From Chrysomallon squamiferum (taxonomy: Eukaryota; Animalia; Mollusca), in NCBI GenBank assembly GCA_012295275.1, contig CM022672.1, positions 21,080,001-21,144,000 on the forward strand: a stretch of 64,000 nt of DNA, given 5' to 3'. A program made the translations under genes and the position numbers. Below the pieces are notes generated by a model. The model ran no database searches and had not been told where the DNA came from. It saw only the letters and a list, made by a program, of their open reading frames with translations. Positions 1-16,000 of this stretch are shown here, one piece after another (position 1 is the first letter of the stretch; every line of letters begins with the position of its first letter).

Positions 1-2
1 AG

Positions 3-49
<47 letters not shown>

Positions 50-89
50 AAAAAGGTAATTCGAATTAACACATGAAATATGTCTTTCT

Positions 90-137
<48 letters not shown>

Positions 138-385
138 TATAAATGTACACCTAATGTAAACGAGAAACGAACCGAAACGTATAAAATTATGATTATGTTA
201 AAGAATACATATTACATTTCTGAATTACGTTAGGCCTATATCCTAATTATCATCACAACTTGTTTTCTGTAATTCCAAACCAAAAGTTAATTCAGCGTAT
301 GCAATACTTTTTATGTATATATTTATAAAGCCAGGCGTCAGAATCGGCGAGCGCCGAGTTACGAAGTGACATTTAGGTCGGATCA

Positions 386-406
386 GGTCACGTGATAGGT
401 GGGCGG
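386..406 (+). promoter_or_regulatory. Candidate promoter elements (E-box GGTCACGTGA and GC-box GGGCGG) in a locally CpG-rich patch upstream of the Ig/FN3 gene
   Basis: ggtcacgtga at 386-395 and gggcgg at 401-406 lie inside a CpG-containing stretch (~330-520) in otherwise very AT-rich DNA. A possible 5'UTR exon lies at 551-575 (ttcag|...aaacg|gtaaa). Confidence 0.35.
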
Positions 407-902
407 TACCAAAATATTCTCATTAGTTCCGTTTCGTGATGTAGTGTTTTCCAGTAAATCTTCAATAATCGACATTTTGTAATCCATTTTATGTTACACT
501 CATGTGTTTCGGGTCAAGTGATGTGCTAGTACTGTGACTGTCTCTTTCAGATGGGCCAAATTACTACAGAAAACGGTAAAGAATTTCTACTTTCTGTTCA
601 TCGATAACGCTTAGGAAATATACTACTTTCCAAACGTATGTCATTGTTGAAAATCTGCTCACGTATACTAATTTTACAACACGTTTTGTATGCCACAATT
701 TCTTTGCTTTTAGTATACATGAATTTGATTTGAGTCCTTAAAAAACCCAGAACAATAATAAAAATTAGCAAACGATAACTTTTAATAAAAAATAATAATA
801 TTATTGGTTTGTATCATTAAACGCTTTAAGTTTCACAAAGCAAAATTGTAATGGAAGTAAAATAATTAGTACTTGACTTTACTATATCCGTTTAATTAAT
901 CA

Positions 903-942
<40 letters not shown>

Positions 943-1030
943 GATTCATATAGGCTATTACCTTATTTTTACATTTTATTTATATAAATATTTTGATAAT
1001 ATCTTGCAGTCAGTGTTATTTGATAATTTT

Positions 1031-1088
<58 letters not shown>

Positions 1089-3630
1089 TCAAACACTTAA
1101 TAAACTAAACTGGGGATAAATACATAAGCAATCCAGATTCTCTAAATGACATAGAACTGGTTAATAAAACCAGTTAATTCCAGATACATTACAAGAATTA
1201 CAGAAAACTTAATTACATTAATATTCAGATTAATAATTTAATTATACAAAATATGATAGGAAAGTTTGTTCAAGAATGCTAAAAGATATTAAATTACGAC
1301 GATATAATAATATAAGCAATAACACCAACAGGAATATCAAAATAATCTTAAATATACATGAACAGTAATCAAATAATCAGTTATTATTGATGTTGTTATG
1401 ATATTGATAATTACTGTATGATTATTATTATTATTATTATTTCAAATCTTAGAATTAAAAAAAGAAAGAAAGGAAAATATTAATAATTATAATAAAATAA
1501 ATAAATAAATAAAAATAAAAAGGAAACAAAGGAAAAATAAAAAATAAAAAGATGCTTTGAAGATTCATAAAAATAGTTCAGTGTATTTATAAGTATTGGA
1601 GGAATATAAAACCAGTAATATCTGTCCATTATCAAATCATGCTTAATCAAATATTAACTCTTTGAAAATAGTTATCAGTCTTTTCCACAAATAATTATAT
1701 TACGCAGTAGAATTTTGAACCTGGATAAGTTCATTTTTTAAAAATAAACTTTCTGTCCAGTCTTTCTTTGATCCTTATTTTCAAAGCATTCTCTCTGTAA
1801 TTTTAATAAAACCAAACTTTGCCAAAACAAATTACAATGTCAGAATGTCACATATGCCAGTATAGAGGATGTTTATAGTTTCTGTGTTTTCTTAATTAGA
1901 CCACTGCCAGACAAAGGCATTCACTGTTAATAATTTATAAACTGCTGGAGAAATTAATTTGTCTTGGGAGAGAGCAGATACAGTAGAAGTAATGCAAATG
2001 TCCGACATCATTTATTATGCATTTACAGCATGCACTCTCACTGGGTTACCTTGGCTGGTGCATAACTTCATTAAAACACACAATGGAACTCTGCTCAAAC
2101 AGATTTATCTCTAACTGTTTGTGTTCACAATATACTCTGTAAAAAAAAAAAATGTGTTTAATCATTGAAAACAAATATGGCTGCATCAGATGTAGCAGGA
2201 AAAGGCTTTTTAAGGTATTAGGTCTGTGTTGTTGTTTTGTTTTTTCAGCTGCAGGCTTTGTATTTATTTAATTTTTTTATATAGTTTTTTTTTTATTTCA
2301 TTTCTTTTTTATGATGTTGTTTTTGTATGAATAGGTATGTGTATATGTATAACTGATTGGTTGTGTGTGTGTGTGTGTAAAAAAAAGATAAAAAAGGTGA
2401 TGGAAAGATCTTTCTATTGATTTGTGACTGTTGTAAAATGATACCTTTGTTTCACAGTTTACAATAACACAGTGACCTTCAACTGTATGACAACATGTAA
2501 GAATTATTATAGTGTCTGAAAATCCTGTTACAGTTATCAGGACCTGTATCCAGCTTCCAAAAAATTCAAAAACAAAATTGGAATAAAAGAAAACCAACTT
2601 TACAGTTATATTAATTTATATCTGTTAAATGTGGTTTCAGTTTTTGCTTTTCATTGTTTATTTTAAGTATAAAGAGATAATCTACTTACATCTTGACTCA
2701 CTGGACTGAACTTGGAATGGATGTGACTTTGAATTAACTTAAAGCTTTTTGTTTATTTATGAATATTACCCAGCATGACCTATATTTGCCTGAGAGCACT
2801 ACAGGAAGGAAATAATTTATGATTTTTAAAAACCCTTACTATCAAAATATTTTTGTTGCTGTTGTAAAAATATGCTTTCTTTTTCATTTTTTGTGTTCAT
2901 AAGTAAGATGGGTAGGGGACTGGCTGTATTAAACTTTGATCCAGAAAACTGGAAAATCTCCAGTCAAAAGATTGCCAGATAGAAAACTGCATCATTATGT
3001 TTTATTATTTTACTAATTCTGATTGTATTATTAGATCCCATTCATAAAACACTCTTCACCAACCCCAGAGGCTTTGACTGAATATTGCTATGTCTTTTTT
3101 TTAGTAACGTTACTCATTTCATTTTGTAAGTTACATCAACTTATTACACTGAAGTCTTGGCCTGAGTGTGCTTCTTGTTAAATATTCATGAAGACATTTT
3201 TTTTCTATTTCAGAATGACAAAAACAGTTGTGTGATCAATGGGAAATATTATTTGTAAAGTAAATGTTTATATATAGTTTGAAAAATAGATTTCAATGTT
3301 GATTTTAAAAACAGTTCTCATTTTATTAAAATAATGCTGTTATTTGATGATAAATTATTCACAGATTATATTCATTCACTATGACAATAGATTCATGTAA
3401 CCTATACGTTACAAAACAAAGTTTGTAGATTATAGCTTAGTTTTTGAAAAACTGCTGTTACTTATTTTGTTATCTTGATGAAAATATCACATTTCAGGTA
3501 ATATCAGATTTAATTAACAAATTACTTCATGTGTAAAATTAAAATGTTTTGTTGACTTTTCAGAGAGCATGAGTGACCTTGTGCAATAGAAAACACAAAA
3601 CAACTTCCATGCATTTTGTAAAATGTAGCT

Positions 3631-5226
3631 ATGTCTGTCTGTCTGTCTTTCCTGCTGCTTCACATATCTCTCTCTGTGGTCTACTCTGAAATACGTAAGT
3701 TATTTTATGATGTTAAATTAAGTTTTTATTATATTTTACGTTTGTGATATAAAATACATGAATGTGTGTGTGTGTGTTTTAGGGAGTGAATGAACAAATG
3801 GTGATTTGTTGAATTTCAATTTAAAATAAATATATATTTATTTATATTACAAAATATATACAATTTAAGCAGTTTATTTAATATTTTTGTTACAGTAATA
3901 AACAAAATGCTAGAAGATGACAAATTTATACATTTATAAAGAATTCAGTTAAATTTCTAGTTCAAAGCAAAAAAAAAAAAAAAAAATTTAAAATTTTCAT
4001 TTGTAAATAGAAAATAAATAATTTTTTATTATTTGGAAATTTAATCTATCTCTTTTGTATTGGTTGTTTTCAGAATGGGTTCATATGCCAAAAAGTACAG
4101 CTGTTTTGATTGGCCAGGATGTACTTCTCAACTGTGTAGCCAAAAGTGATGACCAAAGCACAATTGTTTACTCTTGGTATAAAAATAATCAGTCAATCCC
4201 GGAACACTTGTCACTCTATGCAAATCACTCTCTACTGATACCACAAATATCTTACAACGATCTGGGAGGTTATCATTGTGTCATCTTTGTTAATGGTTCA
4301 CAGCCAGAACAAGTTGTTTCCCCTGAAGCCTTTGTAATAGAAGCTTGTAAGTTTTATACAGAAATTGTTAGTCTTTAATTTATAATAATTTTATTGTATG
4401 CATGTCAGAGAGAGAGCATGCCAGAGAGAGAGAGAGAGAGAGAGAGCAACTGAACAAACAAACAAACAAACAAACAAATCAGTTCATGAGTGATTTGTTT
4501 TAAATTAATACAGGCTCTAAGAAGCATAAAAGATATCTTTGAACAAGAAAATATTCAAAATATATTCATCACTACAGCTGTACAAAGTGAAATACTTAAC
4601 AGTTTGTTGTTTTACTTACTACAGATATAAAAGACTTCGTGCGTCATCCACAGTCAGTACAGGTTGCTGAAAATGAAGTCGTCTCATTTGACTGTGTTAC
4701 TGGTCAGAGTGCCCCCTCTCCTGTGGTCTTTTGGGAACTGAATGGGGTGAGATTCAAGGGAGGTAACCAGTCTCACACATCATATGGGAACTATGATGAA
4801 TCTGGTCTGCGTATCCAGTACTCGCTGAAGTTGAGGATAACTCTAAAACCTGAATATGTTGGAAATGTCAGATGTGTTGCAGAAAATCCAGTCACTGGGA
4901 AAATCATCTACAGCCACAGTGCTAACATCAGCATAACATGTAAGTGTTAACACAATATGTTTTAATTGTAGTTCTTCAAAATAGCGATGTTGAACTCAGC
5001 TGATGTTTCAAAGGTTGTGCTCTGTATGTTTCTGTAAAGATGAAGGTTGTAATAAGACACTGTGTTATTAATCTCACTTCTGATCTGAAAAAAAATAAAA
5101 TTAAAATAAAATTAAATAAATTAAATTAAATTAATGTTTTAATGTTAATAAATGTCCTTATGAAAAATAGTCTTTATTTTTCTCCTGTTTCCTCTCTGAT
5201 ATGAATTACTATTATTATTGTTGTTG

Positions 5227-5287
<61 letters not shown>

Positions 5288-7572
5288 GTTATTACTGTTA
5301 TTACTACTACTACTACTAATTTAAAAAATAATATTAATACTACTGTTACTAAATTTAAAATTACTACTGCTACTTTTACAGCTCTTAATACTACTATTAT
5401 TATTGCTACTACTACCACTATACCTGCTGCTGCTACTGTTACTATTACTAATACCACTTTCATAATTATTATTACTGATATTAATTAATTAATTTATTTA
5501 TTTATCAATTTATTTATTTATTTCCAGCGACACCAGCTCTTCCTGTGATAGAAATTGCTCCACCATCTGAAGTGATAGCTTCAAGAGGTCATCCACTGAT
5601 ACTTCCATGTCACGTAACAGGTTACCCACAAACCCACACTATGTGGTTCAAAGATGGAGTGTCGATCAATGGATCTTCAAACAGTCACATTGCTGCTAAC
5701 GGCAGTCTTGTCTTTTTTGCGGTTATGCCAGATGATTCGGGATCTTACACTTGTAAAGGAATAAACACTGTTGGTGAAACTGAATCGCCAGCATGCAATG
5801 TAACAGTGACATGTGAGTAGAAAACATTTCACTGTAATGTAGACAGTTATGAAATAATTTGGAAGTGTCTAAGTTATAGTGAGCCTGCAGTTTTACAGAG
5901 ATTGTCAGAGTAACATTTAAGATTATAATTATAGTTTGACTTTAAATACAAATGATTAGTTTAGTTATGTTCTTTGTTTTTATTATGGTTATGATTTTAA
6001 GATTTGTTTTAATTATAACCTATCTTTTTAGTCTTTATGTCAGTTGTGTCCTTTTTAAACTTTGTTTTAAATATACCTATCTTTTTAATCTTTATTATAA
6101 TTATATTTTTAAATAATTCCGGATTATACTCTTTTGTTGTAAGCTTTTTAAATTTATTATTGAATTTATATATATCACTCCAGACAAAGATTCTGGTGAT
6201 GATTGAAGATTATGTTAATATCATCTAGTTTTTAATATGCACACTGAAATTATTTTTCTTATATTATTTTTCGTCATGAATATTTGAATCATATTCAACA
6301 TTTTACATCATTAGTTTGTAAATTACAGAAATATTCTTCAGCTGTCTTTAAAAAGTCATACACATGAATAAAATGAATTTCTCACTGTTTTTCAGATTTA
6401 AATATAACTTTTGTTGCTGAACCAGAAGGTGTTACAGTCTTTGCTGGACAGCCTACAACTCTACACTGCACCCCACCTGACAGTTACCCACCAGCCACTG
6501 TCACATGGTACAAAGATTACAAGCCAATCACAGCCTCTGTTTCTGACAACACCCTTCAGGAAAATGTTGTCAACAAAGTGTCGGCCATGTCAGTTTTAAG
6601 AACAGGAAGTGGAGCATGGGACCTTTTCATTCCTTCAGTGCAGAAGAGTGATGCTGGATGGTATTTCTGTGTTGCTACGAACAACTTGTCCACACCAGTT
6701 AGTCGGACATCAAAACAGGCACATTTGAAAGTCGTTGGTAATTTGGTTTAAGAATTATTAAAAAGTGTGAAGTATAAGTAATTGTTTGGTTGGTGATAAG
6801 ACAACTGAACTGTTAAAGCATTTGTAAAATGGGACATGTATTTTATTGCTTACAAAATATTAAAATGTATTGAATATACAGAATCTTTTTTTTTTTTTAA
6901 GGTTAACAATAACTGTTCAAATGATTCTTTTCCAGTAAAACTGTACAGTTTTCCATAACTGAAAAATTGGTTACCTCTGTCTGTCCTGTTAGATATTGTC
7001 AGTCAGATTGGATTAAATTATACTATTATAATTAGATATTACAGATAAAGAAAAACACATGGTTAATTAGTTTAAATGAAAATAACCATTCTTTACCTGC
7101 TGTATTATTTGCTTGTTGTTAATGCTGATTATTAAATAACTTTAATAAATTTCTCAATAAAGCCTGAGACACTGATATTTATAGTTACTGGTTCAAAAAT
7201 TCTTAGTGGAGCTTATTACTTTTATTTGTTTCTAATAGGTGCTCCCACAATAACAGAGCCACCTGTAGACGTTAGAATTGTTAAAGGGAGACTACTCCAT
7301 TTGATCTGTCATGTTGAAGCTGATCCTACTCCTTCAATAGAATGGAGATTTCTAGAACAGACACTGAAGCCTTCCACTCACATTTCTTTCAGGTAATTCT
7401 TAGTTACAAAAAAAAACTATTTCCAGTTATTTAAAAATAATAATGTATTATTTTAATAACAACAGTTTAAAAAAAATACATAATACATATATACATACAT
7501 ACACTCATAAAATCATACATACATTACATATATACATACACACATACATTACACATTAAATACATACATTAC

Positions 7573-7631
<59 letters not shown>

Positions 7632-10600
7632 TACTTACATATGTACATACTTATAAATTTACATCACTGTTGAATTTGACAATGATTGTCAATTTTTTAT
7701 TATGATATTTGGTCAACACTCTTATCAAGCACGTAATTTATATCTTGGGCATAAAAAGCCTGTTAGTTTGACCTGTATTGAGGTTAGTGTATTAGAAGAT
7801 TAGTTAGAGAAAATAGGGATCATATACCTTCATAATTACACACACTATCTGTATTTTACATTTGATATCAGAATTGATTTTGTAGTAAAAAAAAAAAAAA
7901 AAAAATGGTATAATAATAAGAAATTGACAATATGAAATAAGTAAACAAAAATTTGAAAGTATTTTTAAAATATTGTTTACAGAGACAGAAATCAAGAGCT
8001 GTTTATCACCAACATAAACAAAGCCTGGGATGGACTTTATACCTGCATAGCAACCAATAAATATGGAAGCAAATCAGCAGATGCCAAAGTAACAGTCATT
8101 GGTGAGAAATATGTTTAAAAAGTGTATTATGTGTTAAATTTATGACACATGTGTTTCTAGGTTTTGTTGTGTGTTTATTTTGTAACACATGTATTTCTAA
8201 GTTTTGTTTACTTTTCTGAAATAAATAATGATTATTAGTTAGACCTTGTCACTGAATCTCAGTATTAAAAGAGACAGTAAACTTTTATTTACAGCTCCTG
8301 ATGGTAAAAATATTATCTGTTGTCTTAAACTGTAAAATGTTTAGAATGTCTGCTACCCACATATTTTTGTCTTACTAAAAACAATGTACATGCTTGTTAC
8401 ATATAAATTCATTTTAAATAAATTACTATATTTGTTTTGCTTAATGTGACATGCATACAATCCATCTCCAATCATTGAATTTTGAATATACTAGTTGATT
8501 CTAAAATGTTTAAAAATTATTGTTTCTTTATGTTGTTATAACTTGGGGTTTTATTTTTGTTAACTTTTTCTTAATGATACTTTTCAAAAACCATATACTT
8601 GTTTACTGTGTGCTCTTTAATAATTTTATGTACCGTAACTGCTCATATTGTGTTCCATTATTTGATTTCATCTTTGTTTAATCATTCCATTACAGTTTCT
8701 GTCTCATTGTTTTATTTCATCATTTTGTTTCAGTATTCTATTTCATCATTCTGTCTCTTTCATTCTTGATTCATAAATCTTATTTCAGTTTTCTGTTTAG
8801 TCGTTCTCTTTCATTCATGTACAATAAATTTTGTTTTCAGCATTGTTTTTTCATTTTTTTTTTTTTTACCTTTTTTGGTTTACAAAATTATGTTTCATTA
8901 ATGTGATTCATGTTTTTCTGTTTTTTCCAGTTCCACCAGTTACTCTGAATCCAATTGGTAATCTGACAGTGAAGGCAGGCAGACAACTTCTGCTTCCATG
9001 TGATGTGTATGGGAATCCCTCTCCAACTCTGAAATGGTTTCACAATGGCAAAGAACTTCAGCCACGTACTGGAATGGTATTTCTAGACAATGCACTATTT
9101 ATAGAAACAGTTGTTGAGGATGATAATGGAGCCTACTCCTGCTTTGCTCAAAATGAGGCTGGGTCAACTTGGGCACATGGAAATATTACTGTACTGTTAC
9201 CACCGAAAATTATCAAAGGTCCTCAAAATACAACAGTTCTCATTGGTCAGCCAGTGGTTTTGCATTGTTCAGCTCATGGATTTCCCAAGCCGGAGGTTTA
9301 TTGGCTGTTCAACTCAAGCCACACCCTCCCAAATGGAGTAGGCGTGTCTGCAGTGTCACATGACTTGACAATATCAGCAGTAGGCTGGACACATGTTGGA
9401 CTGTACACTTGTGTAGCCAGAAACACAGAAAGTCATGTGCAGCAGTCTGCAAGTCTTAAAGTAACAGGTAAAAACAGGTTTCTTCTGGTTTGCTTGAACT
9501 AAAAAACTGACATATAACACTACTTTGAGGCTTAAAACCTGACTGTATTTTATATGTTGAATGTTCAAAGTTAATAATATGTATAATATTTATCTGTTAT
9601 GCCAGTTCATTGGGTCAATCTACCAGTTATACTGAAAGTAGATGTGTACAAAACAGTTTATATGATAGTATAGCTTTTCTCACTGTTTAAATCAATCATG
9701 AAATTAAAATTAAGAATTTTTATGGATATTTTATATATTTAAGGTTCACCAATTTCTTTTTATTAAAATTTAGAAACACTTTATGTTAAAAATGTTACTG
9801 CCATAATCTTGATTTTATTTATTTATTTATTTATTTATTTATTTTGTTTGAACTAATTATGTTTTATTTTATTTTGTTTTATTTATTTTAATATATATAT
9901 ATATATTTTTTTTTTTAATCAGTGCCACCAAACAGTGTAAGAATTGTGGGATCTGCTGTGATAGACATTGGAGAAACACTCAAGCTGACATGTCTGTATG
10001 CTGGGATTCCTCATCCCTCTGTTAGGTGGATGCATGAGGGAAATTTCATACAGGAGAGTCTGGACGGCAGAATCTCAGTCCCTTCTCAGGATATTCTAAC
10101 AGTGAAGTTTGTCACATCGTCAGATGCTGGTACGTTTGAGCTGAATGTATAAGTCATTGTTTTAATATAACTTGAATGTGATGTCATTACTACATAACAG
10201 ATTTATTGTGAAGATAGCATCAACAGGATAGTTTAATGATTCAGTGATTATAGAACGGGATAAAGGTTGATGGAATCACAAGGTATGTCATCCTCAGAAC
10301 TGAGTTATTATGTCATCTATCAGTTTACAACCTCACAACTGGTTTTACTGAAAATGTAATCATGAGTGTTTTCCTGTCTGTGGAAGATGCAGATGAAAGG
10401 TTTATTGCTGTTGGGTAGGAGTGACCCTCGAAGTGATAGGAGTAACCCTTGAAGTGATAGGAGTAACCCTTGAACTACTAGGAGTAACCCTTGAAATGAC
10501 TTGAGAAACCCTTGTAGGTATAGGAGTAGCATTTGAGAGATAGGAAAAGCAGTGTGAATGAAAGGTTTAATCCTTTAATGACAGGAGTAACCAGTGGCAT

Positions 10601-10725
10601 TATGAGAGAGGTAGGAAAGACCCTTGGATAGTAGAAGTACCTCCACTGCAAGGACAGTTGTAGCTCCTGGAAGTGACAACAGCAGAATTCTTTTCTAACC
10701 TCACCAGTGCACTTAAATTATATAT

Positions 10726-10762
<37 letters not shown>

Positions 10763-12366
10763 AATATATATTAATATAAAATGTCACTAAAGAAATATCT
10801 ATGCAATCTTCATTTTACTCACAATCTCGCATTGTTTGTAATCTGTTATATTCTATTTTTTTGATTTTTGTTGTTTGTGTTTTAAATATATCTTCATCTA
10901 CATCTTTATTTCGTATTAATGTGTACTTATGTTTTCTATCTACAGGAATATACAGTTGCCAGGTTACCAATACTGTTGGAGTATCTACACAGAAAATCAG
11001 GGTTTATGTAATAGGTAATTATTTTGGTTTCCTTACTGTTATATTTCACTCTGGAAGTAATAATTACTGGATATATATTTTCAGTCTTAATTTTATGATT
11101 AAATACTTTGCACTAGAATATTGGAGATCTTTGGATACAAAATTCACAAATTCCAAAGACAGGAAAAACAAACCACAAAGCTTCCTAACACTTAGTGTGT
11201 TTTTAAATGTCTACTAAATCTAGTGTTCTGTAGAGTGTGATATGATGGGAAAATGAACAAAGATGATAAGCTACTAATTAACAAGAATGTTTTGAGGACA
11301 ATTCCCTTTGATCTGAACATTTCAAACTCACAGTTCTTCACATAATAACCATTACACTGACACATGCTGCAACATTACTAGTATATATTTAATTATTTGT
11401 TTATTTGTTTGTTTGGTTGGTTGTTTATTTGTTTATTTTGTGCTTGTTTAGTCTGGTTTATTTATTCATTTGTTGTTGTTGTTTTGTAATGTTTTTTTTC
11501 ATTCTGTATTAATTAAATTAGTTATGGCTTTGTTTTATTTTTTTTTTTTTTATTTACTCTCTTTCAGAACCTCCACATCCACCAGTTTTGACTTCTGCTG
11601 TTGCTGTGTCCATGCATTCAGTCTATCTGGAGTGGATACCTAACAAACAGGAACCAATGACCAATGTCACAGGCTATGCAGTGAACATGAAATATCTGTA
11701 AGTCTAAGTGACATTTTATTAAAGTAGAAACCAAGATGTCAACTGTATTACCAATAATGTTTAATAAAAAATTATATAATGAGAATTCTATTTCAATTAA
11801 AGGTTTATCACATTGAAAATTATTTAAAAGTTTGTATGTAAAAAATAAATAATAAAATGAAACGTCATTTGGAGAGAAAGTAAATTTACGGTCTAAGGGG
11901 AATAACTCTCTTTTAGCGAAGTGCACAAATATAACAGAAAGACTGAGTCTACTAGGTCTTGACGAAAAAAAAATGAAATGTACAGAGTTTTGTTGAAAAA
12001 AGTAAATAAAATAGTAATAATAAGTCAGTAATTAGTGGAATACCTTTAAATAAGCACAATTCATTTTATTTTTATAAATATAACAATTTATAAAAACACT
12101 TTTTTTAAATATACTCTTTTAGAAGACTGTTTTAGAGTTATTCCTCTTCCTCAGTTAATTATTGATTATTCCTTTATTGTCTCATATAAATTTTAAATGA
12201 TTATGTTAAAAATAATAATATAAAATTTATTATTTGATTTTCTTAAAATAATTTCAAATTTAAATAAAATTTTGAAACATTCATATAAATAAATAAAATG
12301 TTTTAATAATAGGTTATTTAGTTATTTTTATATTTTTTTTCTAACAATATAATGATATTTGTAATG

Positions 12367-12398
<32 letters not shown>

Positions 12399-12738
12399 CA
12401 TCTCTATTTTTATTTTTGTTTTGTTTCAGGCTTGATGCAGATTTTGTCACTTTCCCTGGTCGTCTTTCCCCTGAACTAACAAGTTATGAGGTGGAAGGAT
12501 TGAATCCTGGGAAGGAATATATTTTTACTGTTTCTGCAGATAATCCTGCTGGGCTTGGAAAACCAAGTAACGCTCTCAGTGTGAAAACATTTGAATCTGG
12601 TAGGTCATGTTTTAATCGAATTAAAAAATTTAAAACAATACCTCAGTGTTTGTATGTTATTTTTTTGGTGTTACCGTTTTAATTTTTTTTTAAATTGTAT
12701 TATTGTTTTTTAAATACAGTAATTTAATGTAGTTTGTT

Positions 12739-12810
<72 letters not shown>

Positions 12811-12873
12811 TTCAAAAGCAATGTCTGAGCTTTCCTATCTATAAAATATATATATATATATATATAATCTCTA

Positions 12874-12915
<42 letters not shown>

Positions 12916-12986
12916 CATCATATTTTTAATGGATGTAGTCCAGAGCAGGATAGGAAAAAAAACAGAAAAAACAACAAAAAACAACT

Positions 12987-13021
<35 letters not shown>

Positions 13022-16000
13022 TATTAGTCACAAATTCTGAACATTTTAAACTCTAAATCTTTTCTTTAGGACCTTCCAAACCGAGATATTTTGAAGTTAA
13101 GAAAACAGACTCAACGAGTATTGAACTGAGATGGGAGGTTCCAGCTGTGCAGAACGGAGACATCAGACTTTATCAGTTACAGTTCTGGGAGAAGTCATTG
13201 CAACAAAGTAAGTAAAAAAATCTAACAGTTTTTATATCATTAAGTTAATAATTGAATTAAAATTAGTAGATTTCATTAAGGTATGATAAAAAGTTAATAA
13301 TAATTGTAATTTATTCTGTGGTAAAACTGCTTCTTGTTTGCCAGGAGAATCAAAATGTCTGCAAAATTATTAGAGATTGGTTTTATGTGTTCTTTTGTAT
13401 TGTTTTTCTACAGATATCACCTATGAGGACATCCTGAACCCTACCACACCAAGTCAGGAGTACACAATTGAAAACCTTCATCCGTACACAAAGTACCAGG
13501 TCAGAGTGAGAGCTGCAAACATTGAGGGTGGGGCTACTTTGTGGGGAAATTTCACTAAGACACTCGAAGTTGAAACAGACATGGCAGGTAAAACAAGTGA
13601 TTAAAATTTTTCACTGCTTTAAATACAAAAAGCTGAATTTTTAATTATTTTTTTTTTTTTTTTTTTTTAATTTTTTTTTATCAGAATGTAAAAAAAAAAA
13701 AGAAAAATAGGCACTAATGAATTGTTTTAAATTTTTTATTTTTAAAGACATATTAAATAAAGTTTGACTTTTTAGGTCTTGGAAATAAAATTAATGGGGT
13801 GGCCATTTTCCTATGTGGCGTGCAGTATATGAGTCAGTTGCTGGGATTAAAAATGTATTAACATGCAGAGAATTCATTAGATATAATAAAATCAATTTAT
13901 TACAAACAGACTGACTGATAAGAAGTTGCTGCACTCATATATTAACTCAGAAAGCAAAACAAATATCCAAAATAAACTAACTACAGAAAATATTTATATT
14001 CCTACAAATATTCTTTATGTTGTAATCAAATTACATGAATTCAGATGTCGTCTTTCATTCAAACAGCTATGTGATCAGAGTTGTCTGTCCTTTACTGTCC
14101 AATAATGCTCTTGTTGTTTGGATTTCAGTTCCTTCAGCATCTCCTAAGAAAATTGAATTTCATCATATTGACCCATACACCATTCAGATTAAGTGGACTG
14201 TGAGTTTATATAGTCAGATTAAATTTATAGTATATTCTATTATGGTCTTGGCAGTTGTCCAGTTATTAGTTTATGATTAAATAAAATAGTTCTCTGTCAC
14301 CAGGTGGTCAACTAAATTTTTAAAAGATCAATTAACACATATTTATAATTTTTTATTTTGTTTGTTTTGATCAAATAATTAACATATAGAACTTTATGGA
14401 CAATAAGATATAAAATATACATAAAAATTAAATTAAGAATATAGTAATTATTAAAGATAAAGCAACCAAAAAAAAAAATATATATATATATAAATCAGAA
14501 GTTCAAATAGACACTTTTAAGCAGAACTGTCTATATATTCATTTAAAAAGTTTTGCAGTATACATAACATTGTTATTTCAAACTCCCAGACATTAGCTAT
14601 AATATTTCCTGGCAATTACTTATTTTTGTTTTGAGTTGATTTGGCTATAAAACTGTATTTATTATATTTATTTTAGCCTCTACCCAAGTTAGAAGAAAAT
14701 GGACCACTAACTGGTTATCAAGTTTCCTACAAAAAACAAAACCAGACTGTCTTCATAGTAAAAATGGTTTACAATGACACGACAACTGTCATATCACAGT
14801 TATCTCCCTGGACAGTATACTCTTTTGTGGTTGAAGCAGTGAATGCAATAGGTCATGGACCTCCTAGTAACGAAGCTTCTATCCAGACCCTTCCTACAGG
14901 TTTACATTTTATTTAATTAACATAATTTAATTTTTTAATTAATCGTGTAGGATGTTGCAATTCATATTTCTCCAAAGAAATAAATGTAAAGGGAAAGCAA
15001 ACAGCTTATAATTTTTAATATTTGTTTTTTGTTTCTTTATTTAGTCTTTCATTTAGAATCTTTATTTTAAAATTTTTTTTTTCATGGTTAAATTACATTT
15101 AAAGTTTTATTTCAGCTCCTACTGCAGCACCTCAATATGTTCAAGGTCATCTTACATCAGACAGATTTGTTACAGTCACATGGCAGGTAAACAAATGGTT
15201 CATTCATTTATTTATTAATTCACTCATTTATTCATTCATTTATTCATTCACTCTTTCATTCATAAATGTTTTCATTAAAACTTTCACCACTTTTTCTCTG
15301 CTCCTTTTAATTTCATTCTGCTCAACAGTCCAGTTATTCTTCTACTCATTTATTTTTACTTCTGTTTCATCCTTCTCTCAATTCTGTTAATCTCTCTCCA
15401 TGTTTGTCCATTTATTCATCAGTTTATTATCCATAGTTTTAGCCATATTACAGTCTGTTATGATAATCATATCTTTATCAGAATAGTAGTCATATGTTTA
15501 TCTGTTTAGTTAGTCATATATTTATCAATTCAGTTTTTCATATTTTTATCAATTTAATTAGTCCCTATTTTTGTTAATATAGTTAGCCATATTTTTTTTT
15601 TATTCTTCTGTCTATTCTACACCACAGCCACCTCCCAGAGATAAACAAAACAGTGCCCTGGCTGGCTATGAAGTAAAGTATCACAAACTGGGAGTTGTTG
15701 ACTGGAAAACAGTGAACGTTACATCCCTGACAACAGCATGCAATATAAGGTATTGTACACTTATTTGTTTTACAAACATAATTTAAATATGTTGTTACAG
15801 GTTAAGAATCCTTTATTTCAAATGCTTGTATCCAGAAATATTTCGGATTTTGCAATGTGAAAAGATAGTTCTGGAATAGGATCTAAATTTTAATATACAT
15901 TCCATTTATATTTCATATATAGTCTGCAGGATTTTGTATATAATATTTTTTGTAATTTTGTGCATTAAAATAAAGCTTGTGTATGCAGAAACAATCTGAA

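Noticed and set aside
5201-5488. Poly-Tyr/Thr ORF and similar low-complexity ORFs (30092, 45576, 46054, 50486, 55172-55771, 60739-61211, 62144)
   Set aside because: These are translations of (TAT)n, (CT)n, (GA)n, (ACT)n and A-rich tracts, with no domain signal or splice support.
10320-10540. 21-bp repeats as a CRISPR array, or the 70-aa LQGLLLS-repeat ORF as a gene
   Set aside because: The units are contiguous with no unique spacers and no cas genes. The ORF is the translation of an intronic minisatellite.
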